59,938 nt of DNA from Bdellovibrionota bacterium. GTDB lineage: Bacteria > Bdellovibrionota_C > UBA2361 > OMII01. A program made the position numbers and the translations under genes. Within the stretch, counting starts at the first letter, position 1, and each line of letters starts with the position of its first letter. Below the pieces are notes generated by a model. It worked only from the letters and a program-made list of their open reading frames with translations. It ran no database searches and was not told the origin of the DNA. Where the stretch lies: positions 1 through 59,938 of the forward strand of contig JBIKWQ010000009.1 of the NCBI GenBank assembly GCA_044356215.1, written 5' to 3'. Of the stretch, positions 10,440 to 20,762 are shown piece after piece.

Positions 10440-10595
10440 TTACTTACCTTTCTTGCTAACCGGAGCCTTCTTAGCAGAAGTAGCCGCTGAAGCGGCGCTT
10501 GGCTTGTTAACAGCCTCAGTCTTGTGAGTTCTTGTATTACCGTAAGAGCCCTTGAATATCTTACCGCGACGGCTTCTCTTATCTCCACGACCCAT
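10440..10595 (-). CDS. 30S ribosomal protein Thx (bTHX), 51 aa; not in the supplied ORF track
   Basis: Hand translation MGRGDKRSRRGKIFKGSYGNTRTHKTEAVNKPSAASAATSAKKAPVSKKGK matches the Thx MG[KR]GD[KR]xxxRGKIxxGxYG signature; AGGAG ribosome-binding site upstream. Confidence 0.9.
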   Translation of the reverse strand: MGRGDKRSRRGKIFKGSYGNTRTHKTEAVNKPSAASAATSAKKAPVSKKGK

Positions 10596-11067
10596 AAATC
10601 ACTCCTAGTTTGATTCAATTAAAACTTAACCTCTGTTCAAAGCGCGAAGAAGAAGAAGAATTCTCACTATGCGCCAGATCAGATTGTTCTCACTGACTAT
10701 ATAACTAATTAGGCGTAAATTCTAGCTAAAGAAGATCTCTCCTTTATAACTGCCCCACCCTCTCCTGCGCGTGGACAATCAACTCAGATATCTCGAAATT
10801 TGAGGCGATTCTGAGGAATTTGCGTAACCTCTCTAGGAACGATTCTACTGTTTTACGAGATCCCTCAGACAGCTCTCGCGCCTCCGCTCGAGCTTTATCG
10901 GGGCTATTCGCGTTATGTTTCATTAGGGTCTCAAGATTAGCGTTGATTAGGCTTGGTTACATGAACACTCCCGTCAAGCAAAGCACCCCTCGAAAACTCT
11001 ATCGGTTGGTATCCCCAAAAGCTTGAGTTTATGCTAACTCTTCCCACATAGAGGAAATGTAACTACC

Positions 11068-11430
11068 GTGAAAAACAAACCGTTACCAACAGAGATTAAG
11101 AGACTTGAGACCAGTGGAGTAAAGATCACCTGGAGCGATGGTGCAGTTCATCAGCTTACTAGCGAGGTCCTGCGCAAAGGATGCCCATGCGCCGGATGCC
11201 GAGAGGCTCGCGGTGATGATTCACACGCCAAACCCCTTACCGGTAAGAAACGATCTCTTAGTATCGTTCAAAATACAGTTGAAGAAGAATTATCACTCAG
11301 AGAGATCTGGGGAATAGGCCAATACGCCATCGGCCTCAAATGGGGCGATGGTCACGACAGTGGGATCTATACTTTTGATTATCTGAGAGAGTTAGCTAAC
11401 GTAATTTCTTATGCTGCCCCGCCCGGCTGA
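11068..11430 (+). CDS. DUF971 / GBBH N-terminal-like protein
   Basis: 'WSDG', '[10 protein letters not shown]', '[20 protein letters not shown]'. Confidence 0.9.
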   Translation: MKNKPLPTEIKRLETSGVKITWSDGAVHQLTSEVLRKGCPCAGCREARGDDSHAKPLTGKKRSLSIVQNTVEEELSLREIWGIGQYAIGLKWGDGHDSGIYTFDYLRELANVISYAAPPG

Positions 11431-11678
11431 TTAGTTCCGCCGGCTCCTGGACCACGACCCTTAACTTCAGCTATACGGCGCACAATGCGTCCTTTGCTCA
11501 GATCGTATGGAGATATCTCAACAACTACTTTATCGCCAGGAAGCACACGGATATAAAACTTGCGCATCTTACCGGCTAGGTGCGCCAACACCTCATGCCC
11601 GTTATCACACTCAACACGGAATGCGTTTGGAAAGCACTCCTTCACCACTCCGTTTAGTTCAATCGCGTCTTTAGCCAT
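11409..11678 (-). CDS. infA: Translation initiation factor IF-1
   Basis: 'MAKDAIE', '[31 protein letters not shown]'. Confidence 0.96.
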   Translation of the reverse strand: MAKDAIELNGVVKECFPNAFRVECDNGHEVLAHLAGKMRKFYIRVLPGDKVVVEISPYDLSKGRIVRRIAEVKGRGPGAGGTNQPGGAA

Positions 11679-11799
11679 GCTTCCTTAACAATAAACACTT
11701 TTAACCCACTAGAGGTTATGCCTTGAATTCCTCGAGATCCTACCCCCGTTAGAGAACTAAAGCAACCAAGCCCTCTTAGCAGGTACTCAGACTAGTCTA

Positions 11800-12786
11800 C
11801 TAATTCTCCGAGAAAGGCCCCATTTTCCTGAATTTATCGTACCTCTTATCGAGCATCTCATTGACCTTTAATTTGGCTATAGGCTCCAAATTACGAATCA
11901 ACGCCGCCTTTAAAAGCTCAGCCGCCTCTTTGTGATTGCTGTGCGCTCCACCTACGGGCTCGGCTACGATCTCGTCTATCAAGTTAAGCCTCTTTAGATC
12001 TTGAGCTGTGAGATTTAGCGCCTCTGCCGCTGTCGCCGCCTGTTCTGGCGATACCTCAGCCTTATCAGCCGAATGCCAGAGGATTGACGCGCAACCTTCA
12101 GGGGTAATAACTGAGTAACACGCGTTCTCAAGCATAAGGATCCGATCGCAGACCCCCAAAGCTAACGCGCCACCGCTACCACCCTCGCCGATAACAACGC
12201 TGATAACGGGAATAGTTATCTCTGACAATTCAGCTAGGTTTCTGGCAATCGCTTCTGCCTGACCCCGCTCCTCCGCCTCAAGCCCCGGAAAAGCGCCCTG
12301 AGTATCGATAAATGTTATCAGGGGTCTTCTAAACTTTTCAGCCAACCTAAATAAACGGAGAGCCTTACGATAACCCTCAGGATTTGGCATTCCGAAATTA
12401 CGCTTTAATCGCTCTGCTGTTGTTCTTCCCCGTTGATGACCAACGATTACCACCGGAACCTCACCCAGGCACGCTGTGCCGCCAACTATCGCTGGGTCAT
12501 CACGGAAGAGACGATCTCCATGAAGCTCCATAAAATCGGTAAAGATGTATTTTATATAATCCAGTGTGAATGGGCGATCGAAGTGTCTTGATAGCTGCAC
12601 TCGTTGATACGGTGTGAGCTTACCATATATCTCTTTTCGTACTTTAGATACTTTGGCCTCTAAGGCCGCGTACTCATCACGCCGCGAAGTATCTCCACCG
12701 GCCAACTCATCGCGGAGCCTCTCAATTTGATATTCGAGCTCAACTAGCGGCCTTTCAAATTCTAACGGATGTTCAATCGGACTCAT
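11800..12786 (-). CDS. accA: Acetyl-CoA carboxylase carboxyltransferase alpha subunit
   Basis: 'LEFERP', 'NFGMPNPEGYRKA', 'GEGGSGGAL'. Confidence 0.97.
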   Translation of the reverse strand: MSPIEHPLEFERPLVELEYQIERLRDELAGGDTSRRDEYAALEAKVSKVRKEIYGKLTPYQRVQLSRHFDRPFTLDYIKYIFTDFMELHGDRLFRDDPAIVGGTACLGEVPVVIVGHQRGRTTAERLKRNFGMPNPEGYRKALRLFRLAEKFRRPLITFIDTQGAFPGLEAEERGQAEAIARNLAELSEITIPVISVVIGEGGSGGALALGVCDRILMLENACYSVITPEGCASILWHSADKAEVSPEQAATAAEALNLTAQDLKRLNLIDEIVAEPVGGAHSNHKEAAELLKAALIRNLEPIAKLKVNEMLDKRYDKFRKMGPFSEN

Positions 12787-13042
12787 GAGGTAAACCCTAA
12801 AATACTCGCCGCAGTTACGGCTGACTGATAAGCAGTCTTAATAACTCACTTTTAGCGTCCAGAGCATTCCATATCTTAGGCTCCGGCGTCAAACTGGTAT
12901 TCGGGTTAGAGAAAGAGATGAGACAACTTAAGTGGTTGAAATAGCTAGGATACGGCGAGATCGTGAGAGTTTGCTATGGGGCTCGTTATTATCCAAGATT
13001 CGCCGTGACGTGAGATTCGAAGCAATCCGATTCTTCAGAAGA

Positions 13043-13684
13043 CTATCGCTCGTGTTTGGGCCACCCAGCAGACCCGAAAATCCAATCTTTAGGCTGCATC
13101 ACTAACCGGGCGCGAACTGGATTAAAATCGATATAGCTGATCGTTCTTCTGAGATGCTCCGAGTCACGGATATATCTGTCGAAATACTCTGGATACCAAA
13201 ATGGCCCCGATCTTCCCAACACCTTATTAGACTCTTTTGCCGTGAAAGATTTGAAGGAATTAACTACAGGTGAGAGCTGAAGACCTGGCCGCAGACGGAT
13301 TAGAAAATGAAGGTGGTTGGGCATTATTACCCAGCGCACTATTTCGTGTCCGACCTGCACTAGGAACTCAAAAGAGTCGATCACTACTTGAGCCACTTCA
13401 GGCCTGCGCAACCAACAAGCACCGTACCCTCTGTCGAGGGATGCCTCGACTTGCAAAATATAATCCCTCGAAAGGCGGGGATCGGAATTAGTAGCAAGGC
13501 TTAATACTTGTGCTCGCGCTTGCAACATATTTCGGACAGCTTGCGGGAGTGAGTCCGCAAGTCTAATAGTAACAAAGTGTGTCACCCCGACTTGATCGCA
13601 ATGCGGTAGGTACCCCCGACTCCACCAACCACCTGGGATTCGAAAACACACACCAAATTTTTTCTGTCGTACATAATTTCTCAT
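13043..13684 (-). mobile_element. REP-associated tyrosine transposase (RAYT, Y1 HUH)
   Basis: 'HFVTIRLADSLP', HUH motif 'IMPNHLH', 'FKSFTA', 'FW..EYFDRYIRD', catalytic 'YIDFNPV'. Confidence 0.9.
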
Positions 13685-13741
13685 AGTAAGAGCTATCGAG
13701 ATCTCGCCGAAAAAAATTGCTCAAAAGAATTTGCGCCCTAT

Positions 13742-14160
13742 CCCCTACCCGGACCGCGCGCCTCTGGCGCGCTTCTCAAGCCACCTAGGCAATCCCCACA
13801 TGCGGCGCAGGAGCGCAGTACTCCAAAACAGCCATGCCACCTACCCGGACCGCGCGCCTCCGGCGCGCTTCTCAAGCCACCTCGGCGATCTCCACATGCG
13901 GCGCAGTAGCGCCGCGGTCCAAAACAGCCACGCCTCCTACCCGGACCGCGCGCCTCTGGCGCGCTTCTCAAGCCACCTCGATAATCTCCACATGCGGCGC
14001 GGGAGCGCCGCGGTCCAAAACAGCCACGCCTCTTACCCGGACCGCGCGCCTCTGGCGCGCTTCCTCAGCTACCTCGATAATCTCCACATGCGGCGCAGGA
14101 GCGCCGCGGTCCAAAACAGCCACGCCCCCTACCCGGACCGCGCGCCTCTGGCGCTCTTCT
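13742..14160. repeat. Tandem array of about 4.4 x 96-bp units, each with two inverted REP-like hairpins (BIME-like)
   Basis: GGACCGCGCGCCTCTGGCGCGC starts at 13751, 13847, 13943, 14039 and 14135 (period 96). Each full unit also has the inverted GCGGCGCnGGAGCGCCGCGGTCC, degenerate in unit 1. Confidence 0.92.
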
Positions 14161-14167
14161 CCCACCC

Positions 14168-15142
14168 TTAATCCAACAACGACTGAAGTCTATCTATATC
14201 CTCCTTTAGCTGCTGAACTACATGCTCAGGCTTTACCGAGAGCACATATCGCCCCAAGCTTAAGATTCGGCGATTAAGCTCCGGCGAAGGAATCCCTGGG
14301 AATCTGCGAATTAACTCCTCTCCGTTCCACGAATCCTCCTGCTCTGGGTGCCACGACTGCGCCGCGAAATAGCGTGATGCCGGAGGCCCTATCTTAATCT
14401 CTATTCTTTCCGGCTTAGACCCAGACCAGATTCCAAAACCCTCAAGCCAGTATAACTTTGTCGCCTCGTTTTTAATTTCCCCTTTCTCTGACTTAGGCAG
14501 CTCTGCTAACTCGCGTATCTCTTTAATGAACGAGACGTTAAATACCACCTGCCGCCCCTGATATTCATCGAACATCGCGTAGAGCATACCATCTTGATAA
14601 TGCACCCTCTGAAAAATGCCTAAGTATTCCTTGTCCGCGTCGTGTCTCCACGGCGATCTATAACGTAGAGATACCGGCTGCCCCACATGTGATAGATAAA
14701 GCAGACGAACTAAATCGGTGTCGGCTAATTTAGCTATCGATGTGGAATCCGCGGAGAAGCGTGACCTTAACTTATCTAAATCATAAGCGAGATCAGAACG
14801 TCCCGCTGTTATGCGAGCCCACAATCCAGATAAGGCGTTCTGCATCGATGGATCATCTATCATCGATAACAACTGGCTTAAAAGAATCATCACAATCAAC
14901 TCATCCCGTCCCGGGGGTAGCGAGGTAAATGAGAACGCGGGATTTGTCAGATAATATCCACGCTGAGATTCGTCGTATTCGATCGGAACCCCAAACTCAT
15001 AACGCAATCGATCGATAGTCCGCATCGCCGTGCTGCGCGAGCACCCTAGCTGCTCCGCCAACGAAGACGCGTTTGGATAGCCATTGCGCTGCAACTCCGC
15101 TTGTAGCCGTAAGGCACGTTTTAAGAATGAGGAGGTCTCCAT
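14168..15142 (-). CDS. HTH-WYL (PafB/C-like) transcriptional regulator
   Basis: N-terminal HTH 'LAEQLGCSRSTAMRTIDRLR...PIEYD....GYY'; central WYL-type fold; C-terminal WCX-like 'WHPEQ', 'ILSLG..V..P'. Confidence 0.82.
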   Translation of the reverse strand: METSSFLKRALRLQAELQRNGYPNASSLAEQLGCSRSTAMRTIDRLRYEFGVPIEYDESQRGYYLTNPAFSFTSLPPGRDELIVMILLSQLLSMIDDPSMQNALSGLWARITAGRSDLAYDLDKLRSRFSADSTSIAKLADTDLVRLLYLSHVGQPVSLRYRSPWRHDADKEYLGIFQRVHYQDGMLYAMFDEYQGRQVVFNVSFIKEIRELAELPKSEKGEIKNEATKLYWLEGFGIWSGSKPERIEIKIGPPASRYFAAQSWHPEQEDSWNGEELIRRFPGIPSPELNRRILSLGRYVLSVKPEHVVQQLKEDIDRLQSLLD

Positions 15143-15341
15143 GTAAGGCTTGAAATTTTACTGCTAAAAATGACACCTGAGCTTGCTTGCACAAAACCGT
15201 ACTTCTCCCTGCCTATCCTTTCAATAATGTGTACCAGGGGATGGTACAGGTAGGTGAACACACCTCTCGGATTTCGCCCCCTAAAATGCTATAATCAGAA
15301 AACTCAGAGCAAAGTAAGAAGCCCTCACGTTTAGGGCTTTC

Positions 15342-16169
15342 ATGTGGAAGATATTACAAATGGATAAAGATAGATCGGCGCGAAATTTAATTTTACGACT
15401 AACACTTGTTCTTGTTTTCGCGCTGACTTTTTCGCGTAGCGCTGAGATAGACGCGCAAGAGGTCAACGCTAAGATGGTTGGAGGGTCTTTTGAACCCTCC
15501 GCTGCCGGATACAAAGTTGCCTACATCTCTACACCTGATTATTTCTGCTCTGGAGCCCTCGTTGGAACGCGCGCCATTCTCACAGCCGCGCACTGTGTTG
15601 TTGGCGGCCCGTCAGCAAGCGAATTCGCCGTCTATGTTGGACGTGATTGGTACCAAGTAGAGAGCACGTGGTATCACCCTAAATACGATCAGAATCAGAC
15701 TCCCTATCAGTCCGCCAAATACGATCTGGGAATGATAATCCTCTCCAAGTCAGTCACTTCAACAAAGCCTCTTTCGATATTAAGCGGCCGGCCACTGAGG
15801 CGTGGCGCGCGACTCCTGATAGCTGGCTACGGAACTAATGAGCGCTCTAATGATCCATCACGGTCGTTTATCGATAACTTCAAAGTTGGCGTAGCTAACG
15901 TGGTAAAGGTTGACGGTCGTCAGATCTTCTCATCTTATCGCTCAAATGGAGCATCCACATGCGCTGGAGACTCAGGAGGTCCCGCGAGCGTAAGCTATGG
16001 CCGCTCAAGTATCGCATTAGCCGGAATCGTCTCTGCGGGAATCAACACTGTCACCAACGACAATCGTTGCGAATTAAGGGAGGATGGATCCTCGATATAT
16101 GTGGATCTACAATCATCAGCATCGAGAGCATTTCTGAGAGCCTTCAAGGGGCTCAAGTATGTCAGGTAA
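15342..16169 (+). CDS. Secreted S1 (trypsin-fold) serine protease
   Basis: Signal peptide, 'MVGG', TAAHC, YDLG, GDSGGP. Confidence 0.9.
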   Translation: MWKILQMDKDRSARNLILRLTLVLVFALTFSRSAEIDAQEVNAKMVGGSFEPSAAGYKVAYISTPDYFCSGALVGTRAILTAAHCVVGGPSASEFAVYVGRDWYQVESTWYHPKYDQNQTPYQSAKYDLGMIILSKSVTSTKPLSILSGRPLRRGARLLIAGYGTNERSNDPSRSFIDNFKVGVANVVKVDGRQIFSSYRSNGASTCAGDSGGPASVSYGRSSIALAGIVSAGINTVTNDNRCELREDGSSIYVDLQSSASRAFLRAFKGLKYVR

Positions 16170-16368
16170 TTTGAGTCACGAGCTAAATAAAAGTGCCGAC
16201 GCCGATCGAACTTACAAGCTCTAGAGATCTACGCCGTTCGGAGCCATCGAGGATTCTCTTCGCCAAGCGCGGTGATAGGGATAGACTAGGCCGCGGGACG
16301 TGGAGCCGGCTATGACACCGACAAATTTGGCGGCGCTGACATTCTAAAAGGCCCCAAGCATATTATCG

Positions 16369-16452
16369 TAAATTCGGCAGTTGCGGGTCTGAAAATTACG
16401 CATCTACTCAAAATCACTGCGCCATTTTCATCCTCCTTAACTGCCGAGTTTA
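16369..16452. mobile_element. Internally deleted copy of MITE family A
   Basis: GGCAGTTGCGGGTCTGAAAAT...CCATTTTCATCCTCCTTAACTGCC matches both arms of the 19693-19867 element with the centre missing. Confidence 0.75.
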
Positions 16453-16793
16453 AAATACTGAATCGGATTCACCAATACTTCTTGATTAAAACACTGACCC
16501 GGATAAGTACTGTGATAGCGATGAGCACGCCCCCGCAATAGGGGGTTGAGAAGGCGGTGAGAGGACTTAATAGACAAAGACTGAACGTCAACCTCATCCC
16601 TGCCAAAGTTACCACAACTGGCGGGCTACCTCCCCCTGCCCTTCAGCGAAAATGCTAGCTAAACAACGAGCCGCTATGCCGCCCCTTAATAGGGGCTAAC
16701 CTTATCGCGGCATAATTTGCAGAGAAGATACAAATTGACAACCTGAGTATTTACTGCTATTTTGTAACAGTAAATACTTTTTCAGGTTTTGCT

Positions 16794-17405
16794 ATGCTTA
16801 AAATAATACTTCCTCTTCTTGCCCTAATCCTGACTACTAGCTCGGCCAGCGCGGCTCCTTATACGTTTAATCAGGAGGACTACCTCGAATACGTCATCAT
16901 CTTCGGTAAGGACGGAAGATCTTCCACTAAAGCCTCGAAGCTACTCAACATCATCGTTGGGGATGTGGACTCATACTTCTCTGGTATTGGTGCCAGGCGC
17001 CCCTTTCCTGCGCGGCGACAAGTGCTAAGTTTGAAGACGGACCGCGGTTCAGTTGAGGTAAACCGCCAAGATAACATCGGGCTAACAGCGATTCGCGAAA
17101 CTTGGCCAAAGCCTCAGAGCCCAGGCACTAAGCTTCTTGATGTTAGATTTGAAAAGGCGACGTGTACCGATGCAAATGGAGCTACCTCTCCTTGCACGGC
17201 TAATCTCTTGTTAACAACCGATGCCCCAGATGAAAAACGCGGTTTAGTGCGTCAGGCCCGAACTTTAGTTATCACTACATCTACGGGCCTCTCCTTCAGA
17301 TATCGCTCCGCCCCACATGATTTAACCAAACCATTTAACCGATCCAGGAGAGAAAGATCGCCTGTGATTATTAACTACGCTTTCGAAAAGCGTGTAGGAA
17401 ATTAG
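16794..17405 (+). CDS. Secreted hypothetical protein
   Basis: Signal peptide (…SSASA); 12 bp upstream of the second protease. Confidence 0.7.
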   Translation: MLKIILPLLALILTTSSASAAPYTFNQEDYLEYVIIFGKDGRSSTKASKLLNIIVGDVDSYFSGIGARRPFPARRQVLSLKTDRGSVEVNRQDNIGLTAIRETWPKPQSPGTKLLDVRFEKATCTDANGATSPCTANLLLTTDAPDEKRGLVRQARTLVITTSTGLSFRYRSAPHDLTKPFNRSRRERSPVIINYAFEKRVGN

Positions 17406-17417
17406 AGAGAGGACGCC

Positions 17418-18203
17418 TTGATACATAAACGCCTTGCCGCCGCCGCAATTCTAGCGACCTCTTGCTCTTTAACGTGCGTAGCTCGCGCGCAAGAAGTCAA
17501 CGCTAAGATCATTGGCGGATCTTTTCAAAACTCAGCGACACCTAACAACGTTGCCCTTATCTCCACGCCGGATTATTCCTGCTCGGGAGCCCTCGTTGGA
17601 CAGCGGGCTGTCCTCACTGCCGCCCATTGCATAGCAGAGGGACCAGCAGCCTCTCAATTCAGTGTCTATGTTGGTCGTCAATGGTACCAAGTAGAGAGCG
17701 CCTGGTATCAATCCAAATACGATCCCGGCCAACCAGCATCACTGTCAGCAAAGTATGATCTTGGAATGCTGATTCTTACCAGATCCGTGACCTCAACCAG
17801 ACCCCTTTCTATCCTTAGTGGCAGGCGATTGAAAAGAGGCTCGCAAATAACGATATCCGGCTACGGAGCTAATGAGATTTCAAACGACCCAAACAGACCT
17901 GCGATCGACAACCTCAAAGTTGGCGCAGCTCGAGTCGTAGGGACTGACGGCCGCGTTATATTTTCAGCATTTAGCTCCAACGGAGCATCAACATGCGCCG
18001 GAGATTCAGGGGGCCCAGCAAGCGTAGCCTATGGTCGCTCTGGCCTCGCTTTAGCTGGCATTGTCTCTGCTGGGGTGAATACAGTCACCAATGACAATCG
18101 GTGCGAATTAAGAGCTGACGGAGCATCAATCTACGTAGACCTGCAATCACCATCATCCAAGGCTTTCTTAAGAGCATTTAAGGGACTGAAGTACGTTAGG
18201 TGA
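17418..18203 (+). CDS. Secreted S1 serine protease, close paralog of 15342-16169
   Basis: 'IIGG', TAAHC, YDLG, GDSGGP; identical C-terminus AFLRAFKGLKYVR. Confidence 0.9.
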   Translation: MIHKRLAAAAILATSCSLTCVARAQEVNAKIIGGSFQNSATPNNVALISTPDYSCSGALVGQRAVLTAAHCIAEGPAASQFSVYVGRQWYQVESAWYQSKYDPGQPASLSAKYDLGMLILTRSVTSTRPLSILSGRRLKRGSQITISGYGANEISNDPNRPAIDNLKVGAARVVGTDGRVIFSAFSSNGASTCAGDSGGPASVAYGRSGLALAGIVSAGVNTVTNDNRCELRADGASIYVDLQSPSSKAFLRAFKGLKYVR

Positions 18204-18241
18204 GACGGGATTAGCTCAATGTAGCCACGATTATTTGCTTA

Positions 18242-19983
18242 TCACTCCTCAATCTGAGAACTAAAAAGCTCCAATTGATTCACTTCACTTTTAAGCTTCG
18301 CCTGAACACTATATCTTCTGGCCCTGGAAGCTCTATTTCGACTTCCGTGTTTCTTTAGTGTGGCGTTAACGACCCCATCTTTTCTGGCAGCTCTGCGAAA
18401 TACCGTAAGTACCTCGCGCGCCCTGCGCACAGCTTCCTTGTGTTCGACGATTCGGTTTGGATAATCAATCCCAATCTTTACTTTGCAATCATTTGATTCT
18501 AACGGTGAGAGCTTCCACGGTTCATGGATTAGAGCTTTTGGGAGCGCCGCCAACTCAGGCACCCAGCGCCTGATAAAGTCTCCAGTTGGATCGTGATCGT
18601 ACCCCTGCTTAACCGGATCATAGATCCTGATAGCATTTATTCCAGTCGTACCAGACTGCATCTGAATCTGTGAATAGTGAATCCCCGGCTCGTAATCTAT
18701 GAATCGCCTGGCAAGAAAGTGCGCAAACAAGCGCCAATCAAGGAATAGATCGTACGCGGCAAAGCTCACTAACATCGCTCGCATCCTAAAGTTAATCCAT
18801 CCGGTAGCACGCAGACTTCGCATGCACGCATCAACGAACGGATAGCCCGTCATCCCCTTGCTCCACGCCGCCAGATACTCTGGGTTCCCCGCCCGATCGC
18901 GCATGTCATTCAGCGCGCGGATAAAACATTCAAATTCGATCTCAGGCTCACTCTCTAGCTTTTGAATAAAATGGCAGTGCCAGTGCAACCGGGAATCAAA
19001 GGCCCTTAACGATCTAAGCCAACCTCCACGCTCAAATACCGGAAGCGCTCTAAGCGCCTCCTGCCGCCTCCGAGTCTCCAAAACAACGTGACGTAGCGAG
19101 ATGTTACCCCAAGCCAGATAGGGGCTAAGTCGTGACCCGTGCACCGAGGCTGCACTTGGACTTGATATAGCTTGTGAATACTGCTCTCCTCGTTCATAGA
19201 GAAATGATCTTAGGCAGATCTGCGCGGCTCGCTCACCAGGGAGTTGGTGCAATGAGCTAGCAGTAAACGAGCCATACTGGCGTGGGATCTCGCCAAGTGG
19301 CAGATCGACGGGTTTAAGGCCTAGGACATCTTTGGCGGCGGATTGCGCCATGAATGCCTCCCAACGAGCGCTCCATAGATTACGATCTTTTAATCGGCGA
19401 ATAACCCCAAACTGTTGGCACTCGTTCCAAGTGATATTGTGTTGTCGACACCAGCTAAGAACCTCTCGATCCCTTTTAAATGTCAGCGCGTTTCCTGTTT
19501 CCTCGTGTGACCAGAGAGCAAAGTGCCCGAATCGCTCGCGAAGGTCCTCTAGCACTGCAATCATATCCCCTGCGCGCACTATCAGTGGTTGACCCAGGGT
19601 GGCTAGTTTTTCACGCAGCTCGATTACTGACTGCGTCACCCACCAACGATGCAAACCACCCGTATCAGGAGCATTCCAAACTATATCTTCAACCTAAAAA
19701 GAGCAGTTAAGGAGGATGAAAATGGTGCAGCTGCGCAAAAGCACAAAGGATTTTGAACTTTTCAGGGGCGCAACCCTGGCACCGTCAGGGTGAGCCCCGA
19801 AAATTCAAAAGCTGAAGTGATTTTGCGCAGATGCGTCATTTTCAGACCCGCAACTGCTCTTTTTAGGTTCAATACAAAGAGCGGCACAACTGGCCCCGCC
19901 TCCGCCGCGAGCGCGAGTGGCGCATGATCAGCTACCCGCAGATCGCGCTTAAACCAGACTACTTGAGGAGTATTGCTCGACAT
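18242..19983 (-). pseudogene. DNA photolyase/cryptochrome interrupted by a MITE
   Basis: N-terminus 'VVWFKRDLRVADH...PLFV' at 19983-19870; body from 19690 has '[10 protein letters not shown]', '[11 protein letters not shown]', '[10 protein letters not shown]', 'DYEPGIH'. The insert introduces a TGA and the two parts are in different frames. Confidence 0.9.
19693..19867. mobile_element. Palindromic MITE, family A, with 5-bp direct flanks TTCAA
   Basis: TIR CCTAAAAAGAGCAGTT / AACTGCTCTTTTTAGG; TTCAA at 19688-19692 and 19868-19872. Confidence 0.9.
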
Positions 19984-20081
19984 ATCCCTTGGATTGTAGC
20001 GTTTCTCGCGGAAACCCGCAGGTTTGCGCGCTGGTTGGTGTTATATAGCGTTTTCCAAAAGTCCGTAGCGATTGCAGGGTA

Positions 20082-20168
20082 ACCAACCTACGCTAAAGCT
20101 ACGGTTGGTATAGTCTTTTCTAAAAGTTTCTAGCGAATTACGCTACAAACTTCTGAAAAGGACTATAA
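20082..20168. repeat. Small hairpin repeat plus adjacent imperfect palindrome
   Basis: ACCAACCTACGCTAAAGCTACGGTTGGT shares the CGCTAAAGCTACGG core with the unit nested at about 665-690; followed by TATAGTCTTTTC...GAAAAGGACTATA. Confidence 0.6.
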
Positions 20169-20236
20169 AGGCCGCAAATGTAACTGGGAATGCGAAACGA
20201 CACACAGCGTCCCCTGCTCGACTATTTTACTCTCAC

Positions 20237-20533
20237 TTATCTCAAAACATCGATCCCTTTAACATCGATGATATTTAGGAGCCGGAGAGCCGCATTCTGA
20301 GGCTTAACTTTACCCTGCTCCCACTTTTGAACAGTTGACGGGCTGACGTTAAGAATAGCGGCGAATACGCCCTGACTCACCTTTTCTCGGTCACGAATCT
20401 GCCTTATCTGCTTTGGACTAAACGCTTTAGCTTCAGGAATATCCAACTGCTCAAGCTCCGCGACTGTTGCTTTTGAGAACCCCAATTCTTTCGCGGCGCT
20501 TATCAGGGTCTGGGATAGGGTTTTTCTTTTCAT
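20237..20533 (-). CDS. XRE-family antitoxin (HigA-2-like)
   Basis: 'IRQIR...VSQGVFAAILNVSPSTVQKWEQG..KP...ALRLL'. Confidence 0.88.
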   Translation of the reverse strand: MKRKTLSQTLISAAKELGFSKATVAELEQLDIPEAKAFSPKQIRQIRDREKVSQGVFAAILNVSPSTVQKWEQGKVKPQNAALRLLNIIDVKGIDVLR

Positions 20534-20745
20534 AGATCGCATATATGAGCTCCCAACCTATCACCCAGAAGTCCGCGATTCATCTCAGAGACAACAGCTT
20601 TAAGTAGCTCATTAGAGATCCCTTCCTTATTAGCCCACCTTGCAAAATCTTTGAGCTTGTATTTTTCTTCAGTGTCGAGCTTTTTCTCTATTAACATGCC
20701 GTATGAGTTATTCCTATAGTAACAGTTCCTATACCACTGTGTCAA
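20530..20745 (-). pseudogene. Internally deleted RelE/HigB-2 toxin
   Basis: 'YKLKDFARWANKEGISNELL..VVSEMNRGL..DRLG' is the toxin N-terminus and ends after about 45 residues; the ATGA overlap with the antitoxin is retained. Confidence 0.72.
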
Positions 20746-20762
20746 TTAGCGAAGTTATGGGC

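Noticed and set aside
10379..10618. 79-aa minus-strand ORF
   Set aside because: It is an alternative frame over the Thx gene.
13742..14160. CRISPR array
   Set aside because: The whole 96-bp unit repeats, there are no unique spacers, and no cas genes are present.
13731..14277. Repetitive ORFs over the array
   Set aside because: They are open in several frames on both strands only because the GC-rich unit is a multiple of 3; no evidence of coding.
19693..19867. Group I/II intron in the photolyase
   Set aside because: Too short, no catalytic core motifs, and it has TIRs, TSDs and intergenic siblings typical of a MITE.
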